Source: Phaeosaccion multiseriatum (Eukaryota; Protista; Ochrophyta, other classes). Taken from it: a DNA stretch of 64,000 bases. Within the stretch, counting starts at the first letter, position 1; every line of letters starts with the position of its first letter. The DNA is taken from contig OZ218950.1 in assembly GCA_965112735.1 (NCBI GenBank), positions 7,192,001-7,256,000 on the forward strand, read 5' to 3'. A program made the position numbers and the translations under genes. Of the stretch, positions 1 through 10,764 are shown in pieces. A model generated the notes under the pieces. That model had not been told where the DNA came from, ran no database searches, and saw only the letters and a program-made list of their open reading frames with translations.

Positions 1-375
1 TCCGAGCCCGACTCACGCCCCACGTCAGCTCGGAGTCCTCGCCCCCAGAGGAGGCCCAACCAGACGTACTACCCCGCGGACGCTTCACACCCCTCCTGCC
101 GTGCTGTTGCTGCTGTTGCCCATGTGCCTGGCCATGTGCCTGCCCATATGCCTGCCCATATGCCTGCCCATGCCCCTGCTCCTGCCCCCTGTTGAAGCTG
201 CTGAAGGCCTGGCAGGTGATGCCCGTGTACACGTGTGGCCCGACGGAGCAGGGCCTACACACGTCCGAGAGATAGCTTAGCACCGCAGAGGGAGCGATGA
301 CCACCAGGGGGGGGAGGGGGGGGGTGTCCACTGCCATCGGAGAGGGAATGGGGGAGGGAGGAGGGGGGGGGGAGT

Positions 376-412
<37 letters not shown>

Positions 413-3400
413 AGAAAGAGAGGGAAGAGTGAGAGGGAGGGATAGGGATGGCGTCTCCCAAATGCCCCCAAGCCGAATAGCCCCGTCCACCCGCTCGGAG
501 GCCGCCCTGCTCCCCTCGCCCGAGGGCGGCCCGGACAGACGCCAGCAGGTCCAGGTACATCATGCTTACCTTTCGTCCTCCCCCCCCGGGCTCTGCTGCG
601 CACGTCAATGAGGGCAAGCAGGCCGGTGCTGTGGTCCGCGTGTTTGTGCGATACCCACACGCAGTCCAGACGCCCTGGGAAAGGACGGGTGATGGCACAC
701 ACACACACACACACACACGCCCATGCACACGTGACGACAGCGTTCAGAGATCAGAGGTCAAGGAACTTAGGCATGCAGGCACGTAGGCACATCTGAGCTG
801 CCCGCTGTCCCCTCCCCGACCCTCCCTCCCTCCCTCCCTTCCTCCCTCCCTCCCTCCCTCCCTTCCTCCCTCCCCCCCCTCCCTCCCTCTCTCCCTCTCC
901 TCCCTCCCTCCCTCCCTCCCTCCCTCCCTTCCTCCCGCCCTCCCCCTCTACCCCCCTACCCCCTCACTCACCGATCTCCCTCTCTGCCCTCTTCCGTCCG
1001 AACTGCCTGCACATCTGTCCAAAGGTGCCCTCCCCTGCATCCAGGAGGATGCGAAACACGCCGGGCGGTCTCTGTTTCGGTCCATTCCCCTGTGACTGGG
1101 CCTCAGGGGGGCCATGTGCCCGCGAATGGGCCTCCGGGAGGGCCGGAACGTGCACGAGAATGGCGCTGGAGCCTCGATTCTTGGAGGGCTTGGCACATCC
1201 CGTCCCCAGAAACCACAGCCGAGGTCTCTCCTCCTCCTCCTCCTCCTCCTCCTCCTCCTCCTCCTCCTTCTCCCCCTCTTCCTCCTCCTCCTCCTCCTCC
1301 TCCTCCTCCTCCTCCTCCTTCTCCTCCTCCTCCTCCTCCTCCTCCTCCTCCTTCTCCTCCTCCTCCTCCCCCCCCTCCTCCTCCTCCTTCCCCTCCACCT
1401 CATCCTCCTCCTGCTGCTGTTGCTGCTGCTGCTCCTCCTGCCGCTCCTCCTTCCTCCTCAGTGAAGGCCTACATGCCATCTCCCTGTCTCCGCTCCTCGT
1501 CCCTGACCCATGCCCCGCCCGTGCCTCTGACTCTGCTGCGACTCGTTCTCCAGCCGCCCCTCTTTTGCCCTCCCTCCCTCCCCGTAACTTCTCCCGCAGC
1601 AGCGCGGCGGCACTGCGATTGCCATTCTCAACCCCGGGGGGTGGGGTTATGAGGAACGGTCTGGGGGGGGGAGGCTGTACTGCCAAAGGAGGAGGGGCAG
1701 GAGGGGGAGAAGGAGGGGCAGGAGGAGGAGGAGGAGGGGCAAGACAACGGGGAGGACACCGCCGCGCCCGCCCCTCCCCGCAGGCGTGCCTCTGAACACA
1801 TGAATGCCCCTGCTCATAAGACCGCCGCTCCAGACCGAGGGCTCGGAGGCGCCTTCTCGTGTCCTTGCGAAGAGAGCGCACGTCTCGAGGGGCCCAGCGC
1901 CGCACGACCTGCGCTGAGCACCAGCCGCGCTCCGCAGATGGCAGCAGACGGTACAGGCCCAGTGGCTCCCCCTGCACGACCCTCACAGCCCCGGAGTCAT
2001 CGGTGTCAGGACATGAGCTGCTCTCCTCATTCTCCTCGCTCTCCTCTCGCGCCTCGCTCTCCTCGTCCCCCTCGTTCTCGTTCTCATCCCCATCCTCTCG
2101 CTCTTGGTCCTCTTCTGCCTCCTCTCCCTCTTGCGCGTCCTTGCCACTCCTTCCCGTGCCACCCCCTCCTCCTCCCTTTTTCCTGTCGCCTCGCCCCCCC
2201 TCCTCCTCCTCGTCCCCCTCTTTCTCCTCCTCCTCCTCCTCCTCCTCCTCCTCCTCCTCCTCCTCCTCCTCCTCCTCCTCCTCCTCCTCCTCCTCCTCCT
2301 CCTCCTCCTCCTCCTCCTCCTCCTCCTCCTCCTCCTCCTCCTCCTCCTTCTCCTCCTCCTCCTCCTCTCCCGCCTTCCACCGCCTGAAGTCAAAGTGGAG
2401 TGGGAAGAGCGTCGGTGCAACGGCGTTGAGCTGTACAGAACGCCTGGCCGCGGTGTGGTGCATAATCTGTTGGCCCCCGCCCCGATTCACCAACACGTGT
2501 ACAGCCTGAGGTAGGCGCTGGAGCAGCTCTTTGAAGGCGGGGGACCGCACCACTTCCTCAGGGGCCAAGTGGAACACAACCACACTCTGCCCCGGGGGGG
2601 GAGCTCCAGGGGGGGAAGCTCCAGGGGGGGCAGGTCCAGGGGGGGAAGCGCTCTGCTTGGCGATGGGTCCGTCGGCTTGGAGGAGGCCGTGTCTGAGGAG
2701 CGAAGGGAGGAGGGCCACCGAGGGGCAGGGCAGCACCACCACACTCGGGCTGGGGTGTGGGGGGTGGAGAACGGGACTGAATAAGAAGAGAGGGGCATAT
2801 GGGCAGAGGGATGCCGAGCAGGCATGTAGGCAGAGGGGTTCAGAGCAGGTATATGGGCAGAGGGGTGCAGAGCAGGTATGTGGGCAGAGGGATACCGAGC
2901 AGGCATATGGGCAGAGGGGTACAGAGCAGGTATATGGGCAGAGGGGTGCAGAGCAGGTATATGGGCAGAGGGATACTGAGCAGGTGTTTGGGCTGAGGGA
3001 TGCACCGCCGCTGACAGTGGCCGCTTGATATGATGTCCACTGTCTGGCCTCTTGATATGATGTCCACTGTCTGGCCTCCGACTCGTCTCTGCCCTCGCTC
3101 TGCCCTCTCTCTCTCTGACCTGTCTGCGGCTTTGATCTTACACCAGTACAGTGCTACGGGCCCCACAGCTTGGAGCTGCTGCTGCTGCTGCTGCTGTTGC
3201 TGCTGGTGATGGTGGTGGTGTATCACCAACTGCTGCCCTTGACCCATCGCTGCGGCGTGGGCCTGGGCCTGGGCCCGTCGGACGACGCCTGCGTGAACCT
3301 CGAGGTGCTGATCGACTTCAAGAAGGAAGGAGCAGCTTTCCTCGCCTGCACAAGGAGGGAGGGATATGAGAGGGAGAGAAGGCGTGGAGGGAGGGAAAGG

Positions 3401-4459
3401 GGGGGAGAGAGAGGAAGAGAGAGAGGGGGGGGGGGGAAGCAAAGGTGTGAGAGAGAAGAGTAGCACCAACCCCAGACCTTGTCATGGCCTGTGGAGAGTG
3501 TGTGCGTGTGCGTGCAGTCCAGGATGCCTCGTCCCTCCCTCCCTTCCTTCCTTGGGTACCAATCCCACTGCCCAACAACCCCTCCCGAACGGCGGCTTCT
3601 ACTCTCATGCATGTGTATCTAGATACTGAACAAGAAAGAAAGAAAGAAAGAAGACGGAGATAGAGAGCGAGAGCGAGAGAGGGACAAAGGACACACAGAG
3701 AAAGACAGGGGGACAGATGTCCTCACTCCTCTTCGTCACCCTTCCTCGTACCTTCGTCCAGGGCGAGGTCATTGCCGATGGCGTGTGGGTACTTCTTGCC
3801 GAGGTACGAGCCCACGCTCCGTACCAGCGCTTCGGTGCCGGCGGTGCCGTACACAGCCAGGGAAGCACACCCCAGCTCAGACAGGCCCAAGAGGACCCCT
3901 GCTAGGCGGCACACGCAAAGCGAAGACGCACCGTGCAGAGCGGCGAGAGCATAATGTAGAGGGCATTACAAAAAGATGCATCTATTCGAATACATACACA
4001 CATACATACATACATACATACATACATGCATACATCCATCGTCCCTTCCTGCTTTCACGCCACCTATGCACCCGTCTAGGCTTGGATAAAAACATATACA
4101 TACCTGGCAGTCCTGCCGGCAGTCCTGCTATACATACCTGGTAGTCCTGTGTGGCTCGAAGCCTCCGCTGTGGACGTAAGGAAGACGTTGTGCAGTCCCT
4201 TAAATTTTACCCCTGCCTCCCCGCAGAGGCGCTGCAGACCCTCTGAGGCGTTGAACAGATACCTGCCCTGCACGTGCGAGTCCTCTCCTTCCCTCCTCTT
4301 ACGCACCGCCTCTGCAGAGGCCTCCTCTGCTGTCAGTCCTACCGCAGTCGCCGCTGCCGACGCTCGATACGGGGCGTCTCTGGCGATGGTGAGCAAGAGA
4401 GAGGGGGAGGAGCCCTCGGCCCCAGTGCCTACGATTTGGCAGTACGCCCGTCTTGCCAT
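1..4459 (-). CDS. ELAC2: tRNase Z (long form, ELAC2/Trz1-like), multi-exon, 3' end beyond the window start
   Basis: Starts MARRAYCQIVGTGAEGSSPSLLL...RYLFNASEGLQRLCGE...GLPG (4459-4138). C-domain motifs LWFLGTGCAKPSKNRGSSAILV and ILLDAGEGTFGQM (exon ~2748-971) and the metallo-beta-lactamase motif WVSHKHADH (exon 674-570). GT-AG boundaries join these in frame. Confidence 0.9.
2793..3003. repeat. 30-bp minisatellite (~7 copies, GCAGGTATATGGGCAGAGGGGTGCAGA-like) in an RNase Z intron
   Basis: Tandem periodicity visible directly. Confidence 0.9.
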
Positions 4460-5399
4460 CACCTCCGTTTTATATATCCAATGAGAGCCTCACTCAACTT
4501 CTGAATCAACCACAAAGGGATGGAAAGGGGATTAATAAACAGGGGATGACCTAGCGAGCCTTGCTTCCCCCGTTGGTGGTACACAGCAGGACTCACAACG
4601 CGCCTCTGGCCGGTACTTTTAGGCAGCGGCAGATGGTCTCGACACTCTATGATGACTGCTTGTGGCGGCGCAGAAGAGTACGGAAAGGCACTTGCTGTAT
4701 CATCGGGGGGAGGGGGACTCTGCAGAGCATGGCGCCTTTTTATTTCGTCATTGTGGTGGGGCTGCAGCCAGGGGCAGCAGTGACGCTGGTGGATCAGGAG
4801 GGGACAGCCCTGGCCTCATCCCCCCCACTATATCGATGCGCCCGCCGCCGCAGCAAGCCCACTCATCAAGGGGAAGAAGGGAGCCCAGCATTGAGTTGGA
4901 GGTGAGGCTGCGGGCTCACATAGACTATCTGGAAGGGTCTTGGACAATATGTCAAACCGGGTGCCACCGTCTCCTCCTTCACGACAGCAACAAGGAGCGT
5001 GGCCTCAGCAGCCTTTCCCTCACCAGAGACAGTGACCGGGCGAGCCGGCATGGTCCGCAAGCTTCAAGGCCTTGTCAATCAGCGAGCGTCAGTCCTTCGC
5101 AGCTCTGATGGGCCGATTAGTCAGGAAGGTCGCTCGCTGTTTCACAAGGCCTTGGAGCTTGCGGAGCATCATGCCGGCAGAGTCCGGCCACACCACTCGC
5201 GACTGAAGTGGAGGCCGAGCGCTCGACCGTCTGCAGGAGAAAGCTGAGGAGGAGCACCAACCCGCTCCAGAGTGACCACAACGCCACCAAAGGTAAGACA
5301 GGAGGCGGCTCTGGGGGGGGGCGAGTCAACGCCACGTCAGCAGAAGCACTGACGGAATCCCCCTCACGGGCGACAGCCAAGAGAGCGGCCTTGCTGAGG

Positions 5400-5790
5400 T
5401 GCTGCTCACTTGTCTTGCTGGAGGAGATGCGGAGAGAAGGGCTTCAACCTGATCGAATCTCTTTCAGCTCTGCGATTTCTGCTTGTGGAAAGGCAGGGAA
5501 GTACGAGAAGGCGCTTTGCCTGGCTGGAGGCGATGCGGAGAGAAGGGATTGAACCCAATGAAGTCTCTAACAGCTCTACAATTACTGCTTGTGGCAATGC
5601 AAGACGGTACGAGACGGCGCTTGCCTTGCTGGAGGAGATGCGGAAGGAAGGGGTGAAACCCAATGCTTTTGCGTACAGCTCTGCGATGATGTGTGTGCCA
5701 AGGCAGGAGAGCACGAGAAGGTGCTGAACTTGCTGAAGGAGATGCGGAGGGAAGGGCTTCAACCCAATGAAATCTCGTACAGCTGCAGGG
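5400..5790 (+). pseudogene. Degenerate pentatricopeptide-repeat (PPR) protein fragment
   Basis: About four 35-aa PPR units (LLEEMRREGLQPDRISFSSAISACGKAGKYEKAL; LLEEMRKEGVKPNAFAYSSAM; LLKEMRREGLQPNEISYS) split over three frames by frameshifts near 5520 and 5690 with no splice signals. Upstream 4730-5400 has in-frame stops. Confidence 0.8.
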
Positions 5791-5920
5791 CTTCGAAGGC
5801 AGGCGGGCAAGCTGCGCAGACATCACAGCTGGAGGATCAAATTCCTGTATCTTTCCTGTCTACGCACAATTCCACGACAGCCCAAATGTTTATTCCCTAA
5901 CCACTTCTTAAAACCCCTCT

Positions 5921-6266
5921 AAAACCCTCTCCAGAGGGTTTTATTTTTCCCGACGGCGGTATGAGCGCATTTCCTGTCACCACCACGGGAGATTCATATG
6001 AGAGATAGAGCTAAGACTCCTCTATCTCTCACTGTAAGCCCCGCCCTTGGTTGCCGCGGAGGCGTCAGAAACGAGGCGACAAAAAAATGGGTTTTGGCAG
6101 ATTTTCGACACTGCGTATCATACGCTAGTGATAGCGTTACCAATGGGGCTGACAGTCAGAGATAGAGGAGACTCTTATCTACCTCCCTCTGCCATCTCAC
6201 GTGCCATCGACGTAAAATGCGCTCCTACAGCCGTCGGGAAAAATAAAACCCTCTGGAGAGGGTTTT
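5921..6266. mobile_element. MITE-like foldback element (~346 bp)
   Basis: 52-bp terminal inverted repeats (5921-5972 / 6215-6266, 2 mismatches) and a second internal inverted pair (~6017-6042 / 6145-6170). AT-richer than the flanks, no coding capacity. No target-site duplication found. Confidence 0.7.
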
Positions 6267-6288
6267 GTAAATACTTGTAAAAAATAGC

Positions 6289-8171
6289 TCATGACTGAAG
6301 AGTTGTGGATGCCAAACGCAAGCACTCCCCCTCGGGCGAGTTCATGGTGGTGATAGCCTTGTTGAGATCGTCTAGCGCGTTGTGGTCATCCGTCGTCGTC
6401 GTCGTCTCCTCCCCCTCCCGGGCTGCGGCCGCTTGTTCCGCCTCCCTGGCCTCGAGGTATGCCTTGCTCTCACGGAACTTGGCGAGGAAGTTGTCTTGCA
6501 GCATGTGCCGCACCTCCAGGACGGAGGGGTGGAACACGCTGGCCCGAGCTTCCGCCTGCCAGGCCAGATCGACAGTGGAGCAACAGTGGAGCGACAGGAG
6601 GGGGTGGGGCGAGGCGGCCGAGGCCAGGCAGAGGGACGCGTGAGAAGAGAATGAGAAGGAAGGATCGAGGCGGTGGAGCAGGCATGCCTGGTGGGTAGTC
6701 CAGCCAGCAGGGGCAGCGAGGGACAGGCAAGAAGCAGCAGAAGCAGCAGAGCACGGGGAGCGCACCTGATCGGCGCTCATGAAGACGTCCCTGTCCATGA
6801 GGCGCAGCCCCTGCGTGCGCATCTTGGTGTCGATGTTCACCTCCATGTCCGAGAACTGCTCAATGTACGTGCGGCAGATGGAGGTGTAGCACTCGTACAC
6901 CTGCTCAAGCAGCGGAGCAGGAGGACCCTCCTCGCTTCCACCGGCCCCTCCTTCGCCCCCTTGCTGCGCGGCTTGCCGTGGTGCCTGTCCTTCTTCTTGT
7001 TGTCGACCCCCGCCCTCCACCCTCTGCTGCTCGCGGCGCACGAGAGCGTCGTACCCCTCCACTGCCCGAAGGAAGTCGTAACTCTCGAGGCAGAGCGCTC
7101 GGCGAATGAAGTCGTAGAACAGCCTGTCCAAGACCGGATGGGCCATGATCTCGGCCACCTCCGCACCAATCCCGTCCCCCGCGCTGTGCGATGTTCCTGT
7201 CAAAGAAGAAAGCGGCACCACATGTCGTCCCGCTTTGCTGTTCGGAGCTCGGAAGCTTGGCTCTGTTTTGACTCTCAAGTAGTCCCTCCTGGCTATGGGA
7301 TCGCGCACCCAGCGGAGGTCTCCCCACCAATACAGCGAAGCAAGTGAAGTAACAAAGCCGGTCGAAGCGAGCACGAGGTTCAGCGCTGTCGACACCTTCC
7401 ATGCGTTCGTAGTCTCCTGCACCACGAGGACGAAGAAGTGGATGACGGCCGTGACTACGAAGCCCATCGCCGTGCAGGTGATCTCCTCTCCGACGCGCAG
7501 GAGGTCGTTGGCCTGGACAATCCGTCTGCTCCAACACCCTGCGAAGCCAGTCAGTATGGCGATGGGACCGATCTGCAGTTGCCAAGGCTGCATCACGTAG
7601 CAGTAGTATTCGCTCCCGGACTGGAAGGGTCTGAACCACGCCACCAACGAAGCCATCACCATACTCTGTACGAAGCTGCCCGCTACCTGCTTCCACGCCC
7701 AGAAAGGCGCCAGAATGAAGGCATACTTTCTACGGGTGTCCTGTTCTGCCATCGCTATCATCATCTTCAGAGGTCGCATTAAAGCGGGGATGCCTGGACT
7801 CGTCGAGAGGTGGCAGGACGAGCAAGAAGGAGTCAGCTCGGCCGTGTGTGAGGAGACGTGGACACAAAGTAAACCAGGCACAACCACAAATATCCCTTAA
7901 CGAGTCACTTACCACCCAACGCGATCCACAAAAAGGATAAGAATATGATGAAGTCACAAGAGAAGGGGACCCCCTCCAACCTGCAGATACATTGGGTACT
8001 GACGACGTACACAAAAGCCGATTGTCCCGCGACGGAGAATAGGAGAAGGCCAGGGTAGCGAGCCCTGATGATGGGGCAGTTCCTTCTCTGCCAAAGCTGC
8101 CGACTCTTCCGAAAGACGGCGCTCAAGTGGGCCGCATTTAGCACCAGGAGCGCGACGCTCGCGGCGTGCAT
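6289..8171 (-). CDS. 7TM-RGS protein (seven-transmembrane regulator of G-protein signalling), copy 1; exons 8171-7913, 7793-6766, 6555-6289
   Basis: Seven hydrophobic segments followed by an RGS box: LFYDFIRRALCLESYDFLRAVEGY...YIEQFSDMEVNID...VFHPSVLEVRHMLQDNFLAKFRESKAY. Canonical GT-AG introns conserved in copy 2. Confidence 0.85.
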
Positions 8172-8829
8172 CCTTTGGTCCGGTCTCTTCCTTGGGCCGC
8201 TGACTATCGGCCGCTACAGTAGAATGCATCTAGGGAAGGGTAAAAAAACAAAACTGCCGCCGGATGAGGCGTTTCGTAACTGCCTTCCCAAAAGACGGGC
8301 ATTGTACACAAAACGGCATTCATCAACCCCTTCTTTTTTGTTGTTGTTGTTGTTCCTCCACTCTTTTTCTCTGCAGAGCCGTACACTGCCATCCACTCTC
8401 GCAGGCGGAGAGCGCTTCGTGGGGAGCACAGGAGCGACCAACACCAGACTCATGACACCTGACACCCACCCAATACCTCGCACCCAACCGGACGGAGGGA
8501 GTCAAGAGCCCCCCGTCGTGGGCAGAACGCGACTGCATGCAGGCCGTCCCGTGCCTTCCTCCCGCATATCGAGAGAGCCTCTCTGGCCTTGGGTGGGACT
8601 TCTGCGCCAAGACCGCTGCTTACCCGCTCTGCTCCTCCAACCAATCCTGCTTGAAGCAGTAACCACGATACGGCGCCCCCCTCGCTCCCCGCATATATAT
8701 CGCCTCCCTCGAGTTAACTTCCATCCTCCGATCTCCAAGTTGTCATCACATGTGAGAGGTGTCCATCTCCTTCCTTCCTTCCCTCCTTCTTGGGAGGGCC
8801 AAGGCCACGCACATCAGCAGCCGCCAGGG

Positions 8830-9083
8830 GGAGCTCCACTGCCACGAAGATCGCCTCGTCCAGCAGTGAGTCCGACAGCAGCGACGAAGACGACAGTGAT
8901 GCTGCGGCGGTGCCGCTCAAGGAGTGGAGGACGCATCGCTCTCACTCGTGTTGGCCTTTCCCTTTAAGTGGCCCTGCTTTTCCCTTGAGCGGCACCGCCG
9001 CAGCATCACTGTCGTCGTCGTCGCTGCTGTCGGACTCACTGCTTTTGACGAGGCGATCTCCTCTGCCGTGGCAGCGGTGCTCC
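8830..9083. ncRNA. Long inverted repeat / candidate hairpin RNA (pre-miRNA-like)
   Basis: 8862-8922 pairs with 8983-9043 (61 bp, 1 mismatch), extended by 8848-8860/9047-9059 and 8830-8846/9067-9083 with bulges; loop about 60 nt. Expression is not shown by the sequence. Confidence 0.45.
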
Positions 9084-9245
9084 TTCGACTCACAGCGGAA
9101 AGGCTCCATCTACTGTACTATACTGTACTGTACTGTACTGTAGTACCTTGCTGTTGTATCACCAACTGCTGCAGCTGCTGCTACCCTCCGGCCTGCAAAG
9201 CAGCCTCGTCGGCAGCGCGCTGTCTCCCCTTGGGTTTATTGGGTG

Positions 9246-10228
9246 TCAACTTGGTGCCCCAAGCACGCTCATCACAGCCTCGACTGATCCACCTCCACCT
9301 CCAAAGGTGCGCCTCCCGTCACCCCACCCCGCTCCACTCCAGAGGGCCCAGAGGGCGGAGTGCGGCCCGAGATGGAGTCCTCCAGGCCGGAGATCTCCTC
9401 GAGGCTCTTTCCCTTGGTCTCGGGCAGCATGGTATAGTAGAATACAACCGTCGCCAGAGAGCACAGAGTGAACACGTAAAACGCCCCGCCCCCGCCGATG
9501 CCCTTTGGAGGGTTGTAGGTGCGACAGATAGAGAGGGGGGGGGAGGAGATGATTTGTTTTGACAGAGAAGGGCTGAGCAAGAGCAGCCCTAGGCAGCCAC
9601 AAGCAGCCACACCACTCGCTCACTCACTCATTCATTCATGCCCTCACTCACTCACGCACTCGCGCACTTACCCGCTGCATGAGGGGGAAGATGAGAGCGA
9701 TGCTCCCGCTCATAAGACGGTTGGCGAACACTGTGGCCGCCACCCCCTTGCCTCGGTGGTGCAGAGGGAAGATCTCACTGCAAGTGGCATTACAGAGGGA
9801 GAGAGGAGCGAAGACAAGAAGGAGAGAGAGAGAGAGAGAGAGAGAGGGGGCGAGACTGAGAGGCAAGAGATACGCATTCGAAGAGACACACACACCAACG
9901 CATCTTCCCTCCTGGGTGCACGCACTCACTCACTCACCCACTCACTCACGCCTTCCCTCACTTACCTTCTCACCCACTCCCTCCCTCCCTCACTCACTCC
10001 CTCACTCCCTCCCTCCCGCACCCATTGACTCACTCCCCCACTCACTCCCCCACTCCCTCCCTCACTCACTCACTCACTCCCGCACGCATCCACCCGCTCG
10101 CTCACTCCCTCACTCACTCACCCCCTCACTTACTCACCTGGCCACAACGAAGGTGAGAGGTCCCACACCGAGGGAGAACACGAACATAAAGGTACACAGG
10201 GCAGCAAGCGCGACCCAGGGGGATGCAT
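9246..10228 (-). pseudogene. 3'-terminal fragment of an MFS sugar-porter (polyol/inositol transporter-like) gene; exons 10228-10138, 9777-9672, 9502-9246
   Basis: Spliced peptide FSLGVGPLTFVVASEIFPLHHRGKG...NRLMSG...PETKGKSLEEI carries the sugar-porter TM10-12 signatures (SEIFP..R, PETKG). No upstream exons fit before the RGS copy 2 stop at 10765. Confidence 0.75.
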
Positions 10229-10447
10229 CTGCAGAGGGAGCAAAGAGGGAGGATGGCAGTTGACAGGGGGGGGGGGATCTCATTCGTAAGAGGTGCGGAG
10301 GACACATACCGCGTCCCTTCATGGCCCTGTGAGTTGGTAGCTGAAACGTTCAAGGAGGAGTTAGCTATGTCCATCCCGTTTGTGTGGCCACGTGGGCGTC
10401 ACCCCTCTCTCTGTTGTTCCTCCCCCGTCTCGCTGTTACCGTCCGTA

Positions 10448-10570
10448 CCCGCATGAAGAAGGGGAAATCCGGTGTTGTGCACAATCCCCCTGCCAAGCAA
10501 GTGCAAGGCCCTCTTCCTTCACCATCGTGACGAGGCCCTTCACCACGGCGTCATGTTGGGCTGTGCGGAG
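10448..10570 (-). pseudogene. Possible mitochondrial-carrier exon remnant
   Basis: Minus-strand reading VVKGLVTMVKEEGLALAWQG resembles the carrier (D/E)GxxxxW(K/R)G motif; short, with no context. Confidence 0.25.
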
Positions 10571-10764
10571 CCTCAAGAGTTCCACAATAGAGGTGGGCTA
10601 GAGGCCGCCTAGGATTGAAAAATGAGCGGCCTAGACCGGCCGGGGGGCTCCGGCCTAGGTCTACATCGGCCGAACGCCCCGAACGCTGAGCGGCCTGGCA
10701 GCCCAGAGCCAAGGCCACTAGGCGTGTCTGGGGCTGAGTGACAAATCGGAGGGATACCATACAA

